Positions 27,291 through 36,266 of a stretch of DNA of 64,000 bases are shown one piece after another. The position numbers were made by a program, and so were the translations under genes. The notes under the pieces are model-generated. The model made no database searches. It was given only the letters and a program-made list of their open reading frames with translations, and was not told the origin of the DNA. The DNA lies in contig VMGC01000001.1 in assembly GCA_007376385.1 (NCBI GenBank), positions 160,001 to 224,000 of the forward strand, read 5' to 3'. Source of the DNA: Parcubacteria group bacterium Gr01-1014_8. GTDB taxonomy: Bacteria > Patescibacteriota > Minisyncoccia > Phycocordibacterales > UBA2100. Numbering within the stretch: position 1 is the first letter of the stretch; every line of letters begins with the position of its first letter.

Positions 27291-29510
27291 ATGGGGCGAG
27301 GCGTAGAGCGGATGGTGTCGTGGATGTTGCTACTTCCAGCGGCGCTTCCTCTTATCTACATTAGCGGGCTTTTGTACCCGTACGTTGCGCCGAAGACGCT
27401 CCTACTCCGTTCACTCGCCATCGTCTTAGCCGCGCTTTTCGCTTTTCTTATCCTCTCAAATCGGCCGCTCTATTGGCAGAGGCTGCGGCAGAAAGGCACG
27501 TGGCTTCCCAGCGCACTTCTCGTCGTCGCGTATGTCACGTCGTACTTTGGGATCGATTTCTACCACAGCTTCTGGTCAATCTTTGATCGCGGCGATGGGC
27601 TACTAACCCTTACCGCGCTCGCCCTGTTTTTCTACGGCACGCTTTTGTACGCGGATGCGCCCCTCTTTCGGCGTCTCCACGTTTTTGTCGTGTGGACTGC
27701 ATCGCTCGTCGCCCTGTATGCGCTCCTGCAATGGCTGCAGGCGGCGCTCGGAGTCGATCTGCCCCTCATTTCAGAGCCGCGTGGCAGGTTTGGCTCCACG
27801 TTCGGGAATGCTGCGTACCTCGCGAGCTATCTGGGGCTCACGCTCTTTCTCACGATCGGACTCCTTTGCGAAAACTTTGGGCCGCGTGACGTTACAAGGA
27901 GAAATGCGCTATACATTGGTCTCGCACTCCACATTCTCGCGATACTACTCGCCGCGACGCGCGGCACGTTGCTTGCGCTCGCATTCGTATCTGCCCTCAC
28001 GCTTCTGTATTTCTCGTGGCTGGGCAGCGGGCGGATACGGATCTACTCGCGAGCTGCAATCGCCATCGGACTTGTTGCCGCCGGTTTATTTTTCATGTTC
28101 CGCGCGCAGTTTGCACAGGTGCCAATAGAATTCGTGAGCCGCGTGGCGACGATTTCTTTACGCGATGCGACGGTTGAGAGCCGCCTGTTTATCTGGCGCA
28201 ACATGATCACCGAAAGCCTGCATAGTCCGTTTATGGGATACGGCGCAGAGCATATCGATGTTTTGTTCAATCGCTTCTATGATCCGGTGGCGATTGTCGA
28301 GCAATGGTTCGATCGCTCGCACAACGCGTTCTTTGATTATCTTATCCAGTATGGTTTTGCCGGCCTTCTGCTCTATGTAGGTCTCATCGTGTCGTTTGGC
28401 TACACAGCATATAGGCGATTTGTGCGCGGGGACAAGAACGCGGGTCTCTTAATTCTACTTGCGATTACGTATGCGATTCAAAATGTCTTTGTGTTTGACA
28501 CCGCCTCGACGCTCTGGCTTTTCCTTATATTGTTCGCAGGAATGTTTATTTCTGATCAACGGGCGACGGGGTCTCAGCGCATCCCGAGATTGCCTCGCTA
28601 CACTCCAGCTGCGATCTCGCTGTCTATACTTGTACTTCTCTTTCCTGTTTCAATCCAGCCTCTTCGCGCTAATCTGTATCTCGCGGAAGGATACCTCTAT
28701 CATGTCGTAGATATCGATCGAGCTACCGCCGCGTTAGAGAAGGGGCTCGCGCTCGGCACATATGCTGATCTTGAATATGGGTACCAGGAATATCAAATGT
28801 ATATTGAGCAGCAGCAAACTATGCTTGAGGGGGATAATCGCGTTAAAGCATATCGATTTGCGGTAAACACACTTGGCAATAATGCCGATAGGTATCCGTA
28901 CGACGCGCGTACGCTTACGTATCTTGGGCACGTCTTGAACGACGTGCCGCCCGAGATAGAGGCAAACGAAGATGAGGTGCGCCACGTGCTCGCGCGTGCG
29001 ATAGAGCTGACGCCAAAGAGATTGCAGCCGTGGTACCTCTTAGCGAACGTCGACATAAAGAAAGCGGACGCCATGTCTCCCGGGAAAGCTCGCGATGAAC
29101 TGTACTTGAGGGGGATAGAAACGCTTAAGGAATATGCTGTTGTCGTGCCGAATTCCGCGGAGCCGCGCTTCATCATTGCGACTTTGTATCAGGTAGTGGG
29201 CGATCGCGACGAGGCTAGAAAGTGGGCAGACGAAGGGCTGCCGCTGTATAAGCGGGATCATAATGTTGCAAAACGTGCAGCACGGTACTACGTAACGGCA
29301 GAAGATTGGGGGAATGCACGCTTCTTTTTGCAAGAGCTTACCGAAATTGATTCGAGCGACTATGAAGTCATGTACGATCTTGCCAAAGCCGAATTTCTAA
29401 ACGGCAACGTCGAAGAAGCAGTGCGCATCGTCGAAAGGCTGCGTGTCGATTCCCCCGGCCTTGTCGAAACCGACCCCGCATTTTTGTCCGCTTTAGAGGG
29501 AGGGGAGTGA
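27291..29510 (+). CDS. O-antigen ligase-like (Wzy_C) polytopic membrane protein fused to C-terminal TPR repeats; putative O-oligosaccharyltransferase/O-antigen ligase
   Basis: About 12 TM segments, with the Wzy_C-type periplasmic-loop motif (...RSHNAFFDYLIQYGFAGLLLYVGLIV...). The C-terminal ~300 aa are TPR-like. Confidence 0.75.
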   Translation: MGRGVERMVSWMLLLPAALPLIYISGLLYPYVAPKTLLLRSLAIVLAALFAFLILSNRPLYWQRLRQKGTWLPSALLVVAYVTSYFGIDFYHSFWSIFDRGDGLLTLTALALFFYGTLLYADAPLFRRLHVFVVWTASLVALYALLQWLQAALGVDLPLISEPRGRFGSTFGNAAYLASYLGLTLFLTIGLLCENFGPRDVTRRNALYIGLALHILAILLAATRGTLLALAFVSALTLLYFSWLGSGRIRIYSRAAIAIGLVAAGLFFMFRAQFAQVPIEFVSRVATISLRDATVESRLFIWRNMITESLHSPFMGYGAEHIDVLFNRFYDPVAIVEQWFDRSHNAFFDYLIQYGFAGLLLYVGLIVSFGYTAYRRFVRGDKNAGLLILLAITYAIQNVFVFDTASTLWLFLILFAGMFISDQRATGSQRIPRLPRYTPAAISLSILVLLFPVSIQPLRANLYLAEGYLYHVVDIDRATAALEKGLALGTYADLEYGYQEYQMYIEQQQTMLEGDNRVKAYRFAVNTLGNNADRYPYDARTLTYLGHVLNDVPPEIEANEDEVRHVLARAIELTPKRLQPWYLLANVDIKKADAMSPGKARDELYLRGIETLKEYAVVVPNSAEPRFIIATLYQVVGDRDEARKWADEGLPLYKRDHNVAKRAARYYVTAEDWGNARFFLQELTEIDSSDYEVMYDLAKAEFLNGNVEEAVRIVERLRVDSPGLVETDPAFLSALEGGE

Positions 29511-29672
29511 GTTCATTTCTGGGTGCCTACTGCTACAGGATAGGTCAGACTTATCCCCAACGCGGGGTTGGAATTGAGGGGAGTTTCGAGTGCCGGTGTA
29601 TACTGCAGTTGTCAGGCGTGTGCACTGCACCGTTCTGTTGGGAGTCGATTTAATTTAGCATAATTCCTATCA

Positions 29673-30548
29673 ATGGTATCTGAAGATATGAAGAATCTCA
29701 CATTTATTAAGGATGGTGGGTGGCTTTCGATGACCATTGCGGTTGTTGTTGGCGTGTTTGCGGTTGTAGGGCTTGTTCAAGCAGCGACGACGATCTCAAC
29801 CAATGTAAGCACGGACGGCAACTTATCTGTTACCGGAACTGCGTCAGTGACCGGCCTTACGACGCTCGGTCAGGCCTCTTCAACGAGGTTGTCGGTGACA
29901 GACACGGCATACTTTGGCGGCACAGCAACGACGACCATTACATCCGCAGGTAACGTCAGTGTCGCAGGCACGCTCACGGTTACCGGGGCGGGCACCCACA
30001 CCGGTCTTGCCTCGTTCGTCCAGGCATCCTCGACGCGATTCTCGGTATTCGATACGGCATATTTTGGCGGGTCGGCAACATCGACGTTCTCGTCCACGGG
30101 TGCTCTAACGCTTATTACCGATCTAACACTCCAAAATGGTGAGGTTATCTCAAATAGCACCAATGGGACCGTTTCGATTGGAGGTGCAAGCGACATACTA
30201 AAGATTCTTGGCACCGCAAGTACATCGGCTCTTAAAGTTGGGGACGAGCCGGCAGCTCCTACCATTAACGGTATGGTTATCGGCTACTGTTCGTTCTCGG
30301 ATGTGGCGAGCTTTACGGCTTCCACGACAAAATATTTCGATTGCACAACAACGCCGGCTGGCGCGCTCATTTCTGGAGATCGGGTCTTTGTGCAGGCTAC
30401 GAGTTCCTTTGATTCGCCTTTCATTATTCAGGCTGCGTCAACGACTGGCGTAAGCACGATCAATCTGCGGGTCTTGAATACCGGAATGGACGGTGCAGCG
30501 GACACAACCCTCGGCGGTACCTCGATTAACTTCTGGGCTGTTCGCTAA
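29673..30548 (+). CDS. membrane-anchored/secreted Thr/Ser-rich tandem-repeat protein
   Basis: N-terminal hydrophobic segment WLSMTIAVVVGVFAVVGLVQA. It has an internal duplication (ASVTGLTTLGQASSTRLSVTDTAYFGGTATTTITSAGN / ASFVQASSTRFSVFDTAYFGGSATSTFSSTGA). There is no type IV pilin (G-F/Y-T-L-I-E) signature. Confidence 0.6.
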   Translation: MVSEDMKNLTFIKDGGWLSMTIAVVVGVFAVVGLVQAATTISTNVSTDGNLSVTGTASVTGLTTLGQASSTRLSVTDTAYFGGTATTTITSAGNVSVAGTLTVTGAGTHTGLASFVQASSTRFSVFDTAYFGGSATSTFSSTGALTLITDLTLQNGEVISNSTNGTVSIGGASDILKILGTASTSALKVGDEPAAPTINGMVIGYCSFSDVASFTASTTKYFDCTTTPAGALISGDRVFVQATSSFDSPFIIQAASTTGVSTINLRVLNTGMDGAADTTLGGTSINFWAVR

Positions 30549-30588
30549 AGTAATGTAGCTGGATTATTATCAGCACAGCGAACTGTTC

Positions 30589-31578
30589 ATGAAGAAGATT
30601 CTCAAAGGAATAGCGTTCGCCCTTCTGATACCTGGGCTTGCCGTTGCCGCGTTTAATGATGTCACGCTAACCACTGACGTCGTTCTCTCGAGCAATAGCA
30701 TTTCGCTTTCCGTGTATGGCTCCAGCGCAGTGTTGGAGTCGATTGAAGTTGGTAGTGGGAGTTTTACGGTGACAATGCCCAGCGGTTCATCCATAGAAGT
30801 GCGTTCCACAGATCGTAAGGTCATTGAAGTGAGTAACGCTAGTTACATCACGACCAATGTCTGCAGCACAAGCGAATCACGCGTGAGGCTTGAGAACTCG
30901 GGCACGACCGCCACAATTACGGTGACGCCCTCAAGCAGTACCTGCATAGGTTCTGCGAACACGGCAAGTGGCGGCGGAGGCGGAGGTCCGGCTCCTCAAT
31001 GTGAAGACAGTATCGATAACGACAAGGATGGGCTGATAGACATAAAAGATCCAGGCTGTGAAAATGCAGCTGATACCGATGAGACAAATTCGGCTGCTGC
31101 AACCACAGGTACTGCTACCACCACTGTACCAATTGCGACAAGCGCCGCGACAACTACTCTGACAATAAGCACACAAGCAGCGATTTCGACGCAGACGAAT
31201 CAGACTTCTGCAGCGGTGAGTGCGCTTGTTGCGCAATTGAAGACGCTTATTGCTCAGTTAAAAGCGCTCGGCGGCACTGTTTCTCCGAGCCTTGAGGCGA
31301 CAGTGAGCGCGCTTGAGGGTGGGGCCACGCTCCCCGGCGCGACATTTACGCGTGATCTGAAACTCGGCTCGACCGGGGCAGATGTGAAAGCGCTCCAGGT
31401 GTGGCTGAATGCGAATGGATATATGGTATCAGCATCGGGTCCCGGTTCAGTTGGGAATGAGACAATGATGTTCGGTTCGGCTACACGCGCGGCGCTCATT
31501 AAATTCCAAAAGGCAAAAGGCATTACGCCTGCAGCCGGATATTTTGGACCGAAGACTCGCGCAGCATTAGGGATGTAA
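30589..31578 (+). CDS. secreted protein with a C-terminal peptidoglycan-binding domain and a Cys-flanked Asp-rich putative Ca-binding motif
   Basis: Signal peptide MKKILKGIAFALLIPGLAVAA. Linker GGGGGGPAPQCEDSIDNDKDGLIDIKDPGCEN (DxDxDG-type). C-terminal PG_binding_1-like region (ADVKALQVWLNANGY...FGSATRAALIKFQKAKGITPAAGYFGPKTRAAL). Confidence 0.7.
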   Translation: MKKILKGIAFALLIPGLAVAAFNDVTLTTDVVLSSNSISLSVYGSSAVLESIEVGSGSFTVTMPSGSSIEVRSTDRKVIEVSNASYITTNVCSTSESRVRLENSGTTATITVTPSSSTCIGSANTASGGGGGGPAPQCEDSIDNDKDGLIDIKDPGCENAADTDETNSAAATTGTATTTVPIATSAATTTLTISTQAAISTQTNQTSAAVSALVAQLKTLIAQLKALGGTVSPSLEATVSALEGGATLPGATFTRDLKLGSTGADVKALQVWLNANGYMVSASGPGSVGNETMMFGSATRAALIKFQKAKGITPAAGYFGPKTRAALGM

Positions 31579-31716
31579 ATCGGCCCTTTCGAGACCGCAG
31601 GGCGTTTGCCGATTTCTGGCTCCTCGGCTCGGAGATGCAAAAACTGAGTTTTTCTATCTCGCTCGTTCTACGTCGCCAGTAAGAAAAGTAGAGCGTGTAT
31701 AATGCACAGTTTTGAA

Positions 31717-31743
31717 ACAGCGGCGCCCTTTGGGCGCCGCTGT
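31717..31743. promoter_or_regulatory. perfect 12-bp inverted repeat (acagcggcgccc-ttt-gggcgccgctgt) upstream of the hydrolase gene
   Basis: Read directly from the sequence. It sits between a TTGAAA hexamer (31712-31717) and a TATAAT hexamer (31747-31752), 18 nt before the ATG at 31761. Confidence 0.4.
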
Positions 31744-31760
31744 TCTCATATAATGTCAAG

Positions 31761-34172
31761 GTGAAGCGGATCGAGACATGTATTTCTGCATGTGCCGCGT
31801 TCTTTATTTTCTACGCGACTTGTTTTTCGGTTGCATCAGCATTAGAAAGTCCGAAACAGATCGGTTATTTCTGCGATCCAGATACGCAAAGTATTGTTGA
31901 GGGACAGTATTATCTGCCGCAGCAGAACGTATGCGTCTATCAATCGTCAAGCATTGGCGGGTCCGGAATTTTCCGCGTAGGCGACATGTATCGCGGTACG
32001 CCAGGTAATGCGGAAAGGGTAATAGGACATGGACTCGGATCGGGGACCGAAAGTGCTCAATTAGGAGATCTTACAAATATAAATTTTCTAGGGATTCAGC
32101 AGGGCGAGGATATGTTCGTGGCAATCTATGAAGAACGCCCATGGCTTGGCAGTTACGACATCGAACACTTCCGTCCTTTTTTTGCGACGGGCGGTACGGC
32201 TCCTCATCAGAATTATGGGTTCATCAGATTTAAATACGGTGTAGCACCCCCACCCGAGCCGGACGAACCCGACCCCGTCATCATTATTCCTGGCATTCTA
32301 GGTTCGGAACAGCACAATGGGGAATGGGTGATTGACCCGATATTGCACACGTATGACGACTTGATTGCGACACTGGATGCGAATGGATATACGCCAGGGG
32401 TAGATTTGTTTCCTTTTCCATACAATTGGCGAAAGTCGAATGTGGAGACCGCGATATTGCTGAAGGCGAAGATCGATGAGGTCAAAGGTATTTGCAACTG
32501 CGATAAGGTGGACCTTGTTGCGCATTCAATGGGTGGCCTTGTTGCTAGGCAATACATCCAATCGGATGCGTACGAGCAAGATGTCGACCAATTAATCTTT
32601 CTCGGCACCCCCCACCTCGGCGCTCCGAAAGCGTATTTGATGTGGGAGGGAGGGGAGGTAGGGCCAGATTTCAGTGAGCGTCCCATGGAGTTGATTCTTG
32701 AGCACGAAGCATATGAAAAAAGATATCCCACATTATTTGCATACCTTCGTACTGAACCCATAGAATCTGTTCGAGAACTCTTGCCGATTTATGATTACCT
32801 TCTAGACGGGAGCGAAAAGAGATTGTACCCCGCTGGTTATCCGAAGAATGATTTTCTTGTGTCATTGAATGAAAACGTGGGAAAGTTAGAGACTTCAGGT
32901 GCGCGCATTTATAATTTCGTCGGCGATGTTGGTACACAAAACACTATTACCGAAATTAAAGTTACAAATGAACATCTGCATGCGCCGATGTGGGGACACG
33001 GATATCCGGAGGGATTTTATGAAAATTCTGGAGCTCCAGGTCTTATCAAGGGGCACGGTGATGGGACAGTACCACTTTCAAGTGCGTCTCTCATAACGTC
33101 GAATCTCTCCGCGACTTCTAGTATGCACACCGCATTGCCATCACATACGCAAGGGAAAATATACGAGATTCTTTCGGGAAAGATTGCGCAAACTATTATT
33201 CACGGCATCAATTTTCCAAACGTTCGTCTCGTGCTCATTAAAATTCTTTCCCCAGCCGACCTGCTCGTCATTGCCCCCGATGGCAAAAAAATCGGCAAGG
33301 AGAATGGTCAAGAAGTGAATGAAATACCAAACGCTTTTTACACTGGTTTCAATACGGTCACCGAATACATCGCTATTCTTAATCCGCTTGACGGCGAATA
33401 CAAAGTATTCACCGAAGGGACTGATACAGGCTCGTACACTGTAGAAACGGCATATATAAGCAATGAAAACGTTGTCGACTCATCATTTACGGGGAATACG
33501 ACACTAGGACTCGTAACAGAGCTAAATGTGCCAATTAACAATCAAAATCCACAACCTGATATTCAACCTACAGATAATGAGGCGCCTGCCATAACCATCG
33601 TAGCTCCGGGCGAAGCAGAGTATCTTCGTTCCGAGCAATTACCCATAGAAGTAAGCGCAGTTGATGCAGATTCGGGACTGCACTTTTTGGAAACGAAGCT
33701 CGACGGCATGACTATTCCGAACATTGGCTCAGTTGATTTATTCTTCCACGATCTTGGAAATCACGCGTTGTTTGCATCCTCTACTGACAACGTGAACAAC
33801 GAATCCACAGAATCACGCGCATTCAAGGTCATCGCCAACGCAACAAGCACACGAGACGACATGTCGCGAGCATATTCTTTGGAGTGGGTCACACAGAAAG
33901 TTTACGACGACTTGCTCAAGAAATTTAATGCTTGTTATAAGAAAAAGACCACACTTACAAGCGTTACCAAGACTGTCGTCGTCGCAGGCAAGAATGGTAA
34001 GCCTCCCACAACCAAGAAAGTCAACGAGAAAGTGACGAAAGTGGAAATCTACTTCGACAAAAAAACGGCGCAAGATATGCTGAAGACGTTGGATAAGTAC
34101 CGAGGGAAAGGTCTGAGTGAGGGGGGATATCGGATTATCAAGGAAGATGTTCAGTGGTTGATTAACAACTAA
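31761..34172 (+). CDS. secreted LCAT/PGAP1-like alpha/beta-hydrolase (putative phospholipase/acyltransferase) with C-terminal beta-rich extension domains
   Basis: Signal peptide, then IIIPGILGSE, then FPFPYNWRKS (LCAT-family PYDWR-type motif), then the nucleophile-elbow motif LVAHSMGGLVARQY (GxSxG), then ...GTPHLGAPKA. An extra ~450 aa follow, including a beta-sandwich-like region and a Lys-rich tail. Confidence 0.7.
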   Translation: MKRIETCISACAAFFIFYATCFSVASALESPKQIGYFCDPDTQSIVEGQYYLPQQNVCVYQSSSIGGSGIFRVGDMYRGTPGNAERVIGHGLGSGTESAQLGDLTNINFLGIQQGEDMFVAIYEERPWLGSYDIEHFRPFFATGGTAPHQNYGFIRFKYGVAPPPEPDEPDPVIIIPGILGSEQHNGEWVIDPILHTYDDLIATLDANGYTPGVDLFPFPYNWRKSNVETAILLKAKIDEVKGICNCDKVDLVAHSMGGLVARQYIQSDAYEQDVDQLIFLGTPHLGAPKAYLMWEGGEVGPDFSERPMELILEHEAYEKRYPTLFAYLRTEPIESVRELLPIYDYLLDGSEKRLYPAGYPKNDFLVSLNENVGKLETSGARIYNFVGDVGTQNTITEIKVTNEHLHAPMWGHGYPEGFYENSGAPGLIKGHGDGTVPLSSASLITSNLSATSSMHTALPSHTQGKIYEILSGKIAQTIIHGINFPNVRLVLIKILSPADLLVIAPDGKKIGKENGQEVNEIPNAFYTGFNTVTEYIAILNPLDGEYKVFTEGTDTGSYTVETAYISNENVVDSSFTGNTTLGLVTELNVPINNQNPQPDIQPTDNEAPAITIVAPGEAEYLRSEQLPIEVSAVDADSGLHFLETKLDGMTIPNIGSVDLFFHDLGNHALFASSTDNVNNESTESRAFKVIANATSTRDDMSRAYSLEWVTQKVYDDLLKKFNACYKKKTTLTSVTKTVVVAGKNGKPPTTKKVNEKVTKVEIYFDKKTAQDMLKTLDKYRGKGLSEGGYRIIKEDVQWLINN

Positions 34173-34185
34173 TATTATTTTCCGC

Positions 34186-34629
34186 ATGGGATCAAAAAAC
34201 TTGCTTCACAATTTTATATCTCATTTGGTTTTGTTGGTGATTTCAGTTGGGCTTACTTACTATTTGACACCACGTACGTACGAATCTCTGTATTGCAAAT
34301 ATATAAGCAACTGTGGCGGCGGATGGGTAGATTACGGCCCTGTCTTATGGATGGTAGCTTCGTATACATTTCTCGTTACGTTTCTTTTTATGACTTTCGG
34401 TAGGGCATATCGATATTGGTGGATCGGAATTTGTCTTGCACCGATATTGTTTTTAATTTTATGGATGACAATGCCTCCACTTATTTACATTAGCTCATTC
34501 GATTTTTCAGGCACCGCACTTTTATTGGGTGCTTGGGGTATTTATATACTTGCCGGATTAATTCTCGGCACAATTGCCCACAAGACCCTCCAAAAACTCG
34601 CGCGTGCGTTTATGGCGAGATTGTCGTAG
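34186..34629 (+). CDS. hypothetical integral membrane protein (about 4 TM)
   Basis: Hydrophobicity pattern, with tight spacing within the island. Confidence 0.5.
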   Translation: MGSKNLLHNFISHLVLLVISVGLTYYLTPRTYESLYCKYISNCGGGWVDYGPVLWMVASYTFLVTFLFMTFGRAYRYWWIGICLAPILFLILWMTMPPLIYISSFDFSGTALLLGAWGIYILAGLILGTIAHKTLQKLARAFMARLS

Positions 34630-34661
34630 ACAGAGGCAAGTAGGGCGGTTACCATAGCTAC

Positions 34662-35219
34662 ATGAATAAACAGTGGCTCACGCTTGGCATCGCGCTTGGC
34701 ATGCCCCTCCTCCTTATCGCCGTCGTAGCCGGCTCTATCAAGATATCCGAAATGCGCGTGAGCCCTGCGTATGACGTGCTATATGCAACTGGCTATGGCT
34801 ACGCCGGCAAGTACTACTATGTCCAGGGAACTCATATTTCTTCTGACATTGTCGATGAGAGCGGCCAAATGATAAAAAAAGGGCAGTCGGCTACGAATGA
34901 CTACTCGTATACGAATCAGCAAGAGTCCGTGAATCAAACTCGATTCTATCGCTATGATCCGGTCACGGATTCATCATCGTCCGTAGGAGGCTACGCCGAC
35001 GCGCGAAAGCTGGATATAATCAGTATTGATAAATCGCCAGATGGGTATCGTGTCATAAGGGGTACTGATAGCGGCGATGCGTTCTTCTTTCCCTTTTTCT
35101 ATGACGGCGGCCGTAATACGACCGGCTTCGTTATAGAAGGCGAGAACGGGCGCAAGAATATCAGGCTCACCGGCGATGACTATTACAGGACTGATATAAT
35201 CGGATGGATAGAGAAATAG
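34662..35219 (+). CDS. hypothetical membrane-anchored protein
   Basis: N-terminal TM WLTLGIALGMPLLLIAVVAG followed by a soluble Y/G/D-rich domain. Confidence 0.5.
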   Translation: MNKQWLTLGIALGMPLLLIAVVAGSIKISEMRVSPAYDVLYATGYGYAGKYYYVQGTHISSDIVDESGQMIKKGQSATNDYSYTNQQESVNQTRFYRYDPVTDSSSSVGGYADARKLDIISIDKSPDGYRVIRGTDSGDAFFFPFFYDGGRNTTGFVIEGENGRKNIRLTGDDYYRTDIIGWIEK

Positions 35220-35220
35220 C

Positions 35221-36201
35221 ATGGACAAACAACAGATACTTGACCTCATCAAGACAAAGCTTGCGTCAGGCGAGTTGACGCAGCAGGACTTGAAAAATCT
35301 GTCGAGCGGGACACCAGTTCACTCGCAAGCGGGCGTCGCGGTCATTTCGCGTCCTATTTCTCCTGAAGGAGCACATGTAAATATCTCCAAGATGCTTTAT
35401 TACATTGGCGGCCTCATTGTACTCATTGGGGTCGGCGTCTTTGTGTCACAATTCTGGGACGATTTTGGCTCAGAGATACGCGTTCTGATTTCACTCGGCG
35501 GTGCCGTCATTGCGTACGGTACCGGACTCGTGTTATCGAAAACAGATGAAAAGAGCGAGATTGCATCTGCGTTTCATCTTCTTGGCGGAGTATTGTTTCC
35601 GTTTGGCGCGATTACGCTTCTGTATGAAATGGGGATAGAGGCAGAATGGGGAACGTACGCATTGCTCTTCGGCGCACTGACGTTCCTGTATGTAATGACG
35701 ATGTTGATAGTCACGTATCCGCTCGTCACGTTCTTTGCAATAGCAAATGCGACGGCCGCGCTATTCGCACTGACACAGTTTGTATTTCAAGACAACATAA
35801 TCTTCGATTTCTACTATTACTTTGCAATCGTGATGGGAGCGAGTTATTTATACCTTGGTACGCAATTCATAGGCACACGAAACGAACAGATATGTCGGCT
35901 GCTTCTCCTCATCGGCTCTGCGTGGTTTCTTGGTGGCGCATTCATGCTCTACGACTCGCTTATCGGATGGGCGCTTCTATATCCATTTCTGATCGCGGGC
36001 ACCATGGCGCTCAGTATCTACGTTAAGCGGATGTCAGTGCTTCTCATGTCTACCGTGGCCATTATGTCGTACGTCGCATACATAACTGGTAAATATTTTG
36101 CCGACAGTGTCGGTTGGCCGCTCGCGTTGATTGTGATAGGGTTTCTGTTTATCGCGACGGGTTATTTCAGTTACTATCTGCATCAAAAGTATTTTAAATA
36201 A
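35221..36201 (+). CDS. hypothetical polytopic membrane protein (DUF2157-like architecture)
   Basis: A soluble N-terminal ~50 aa followed by about 8 TM segments. The start overlaps the previous stop (ATAGCATGG). Confidence 0.55.
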   Translation: MDKQQILDLIKTKLASGELTQQDLKNLSSGTPVHSQAGVAVISRPISPEGAHVNISKMLYYIGGLIVLIGVGVFVSQFWDDFGSEIRVLISLGGAVIAYGTGLVLSKTDEKSEIASAFHLLGGVLFPFGAITLLYEMGIEAEWGTYALLFGALTFLYVMTMLIVTYPLVTFFAIANATAALFALTQFVFQDNIIFDFYYYFAIVMGASYLYLGTQFIGTRNEQICRLLLLIGSAWFLGGAFMLYDSLIGWALLYPFLIAGTMALSIYVKRMSVLLMSTVAIMSYVAYITGKYFADSVGWPLALIVIGFLFIATGYFSYYLHQKYFK

Positions 36202-36266
36202 CTTACGCCTTCGTTCATGGCGAAGATTTCGTGATTTTCAAAAGTGCCGCGTGCTAGAATTTGCGG

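Noticed and set aside
29673-30548. Type IV pilin or pseudopilin interpretation of the Thr/Ser-rich anchored protein
   Set aside because: There is no class III signal-peptide motif (G followed by F/Y/M-T-L-I/L-E) in the N-terminus. The hydrophobic segment looks like an ordinary signal or TM anchor.
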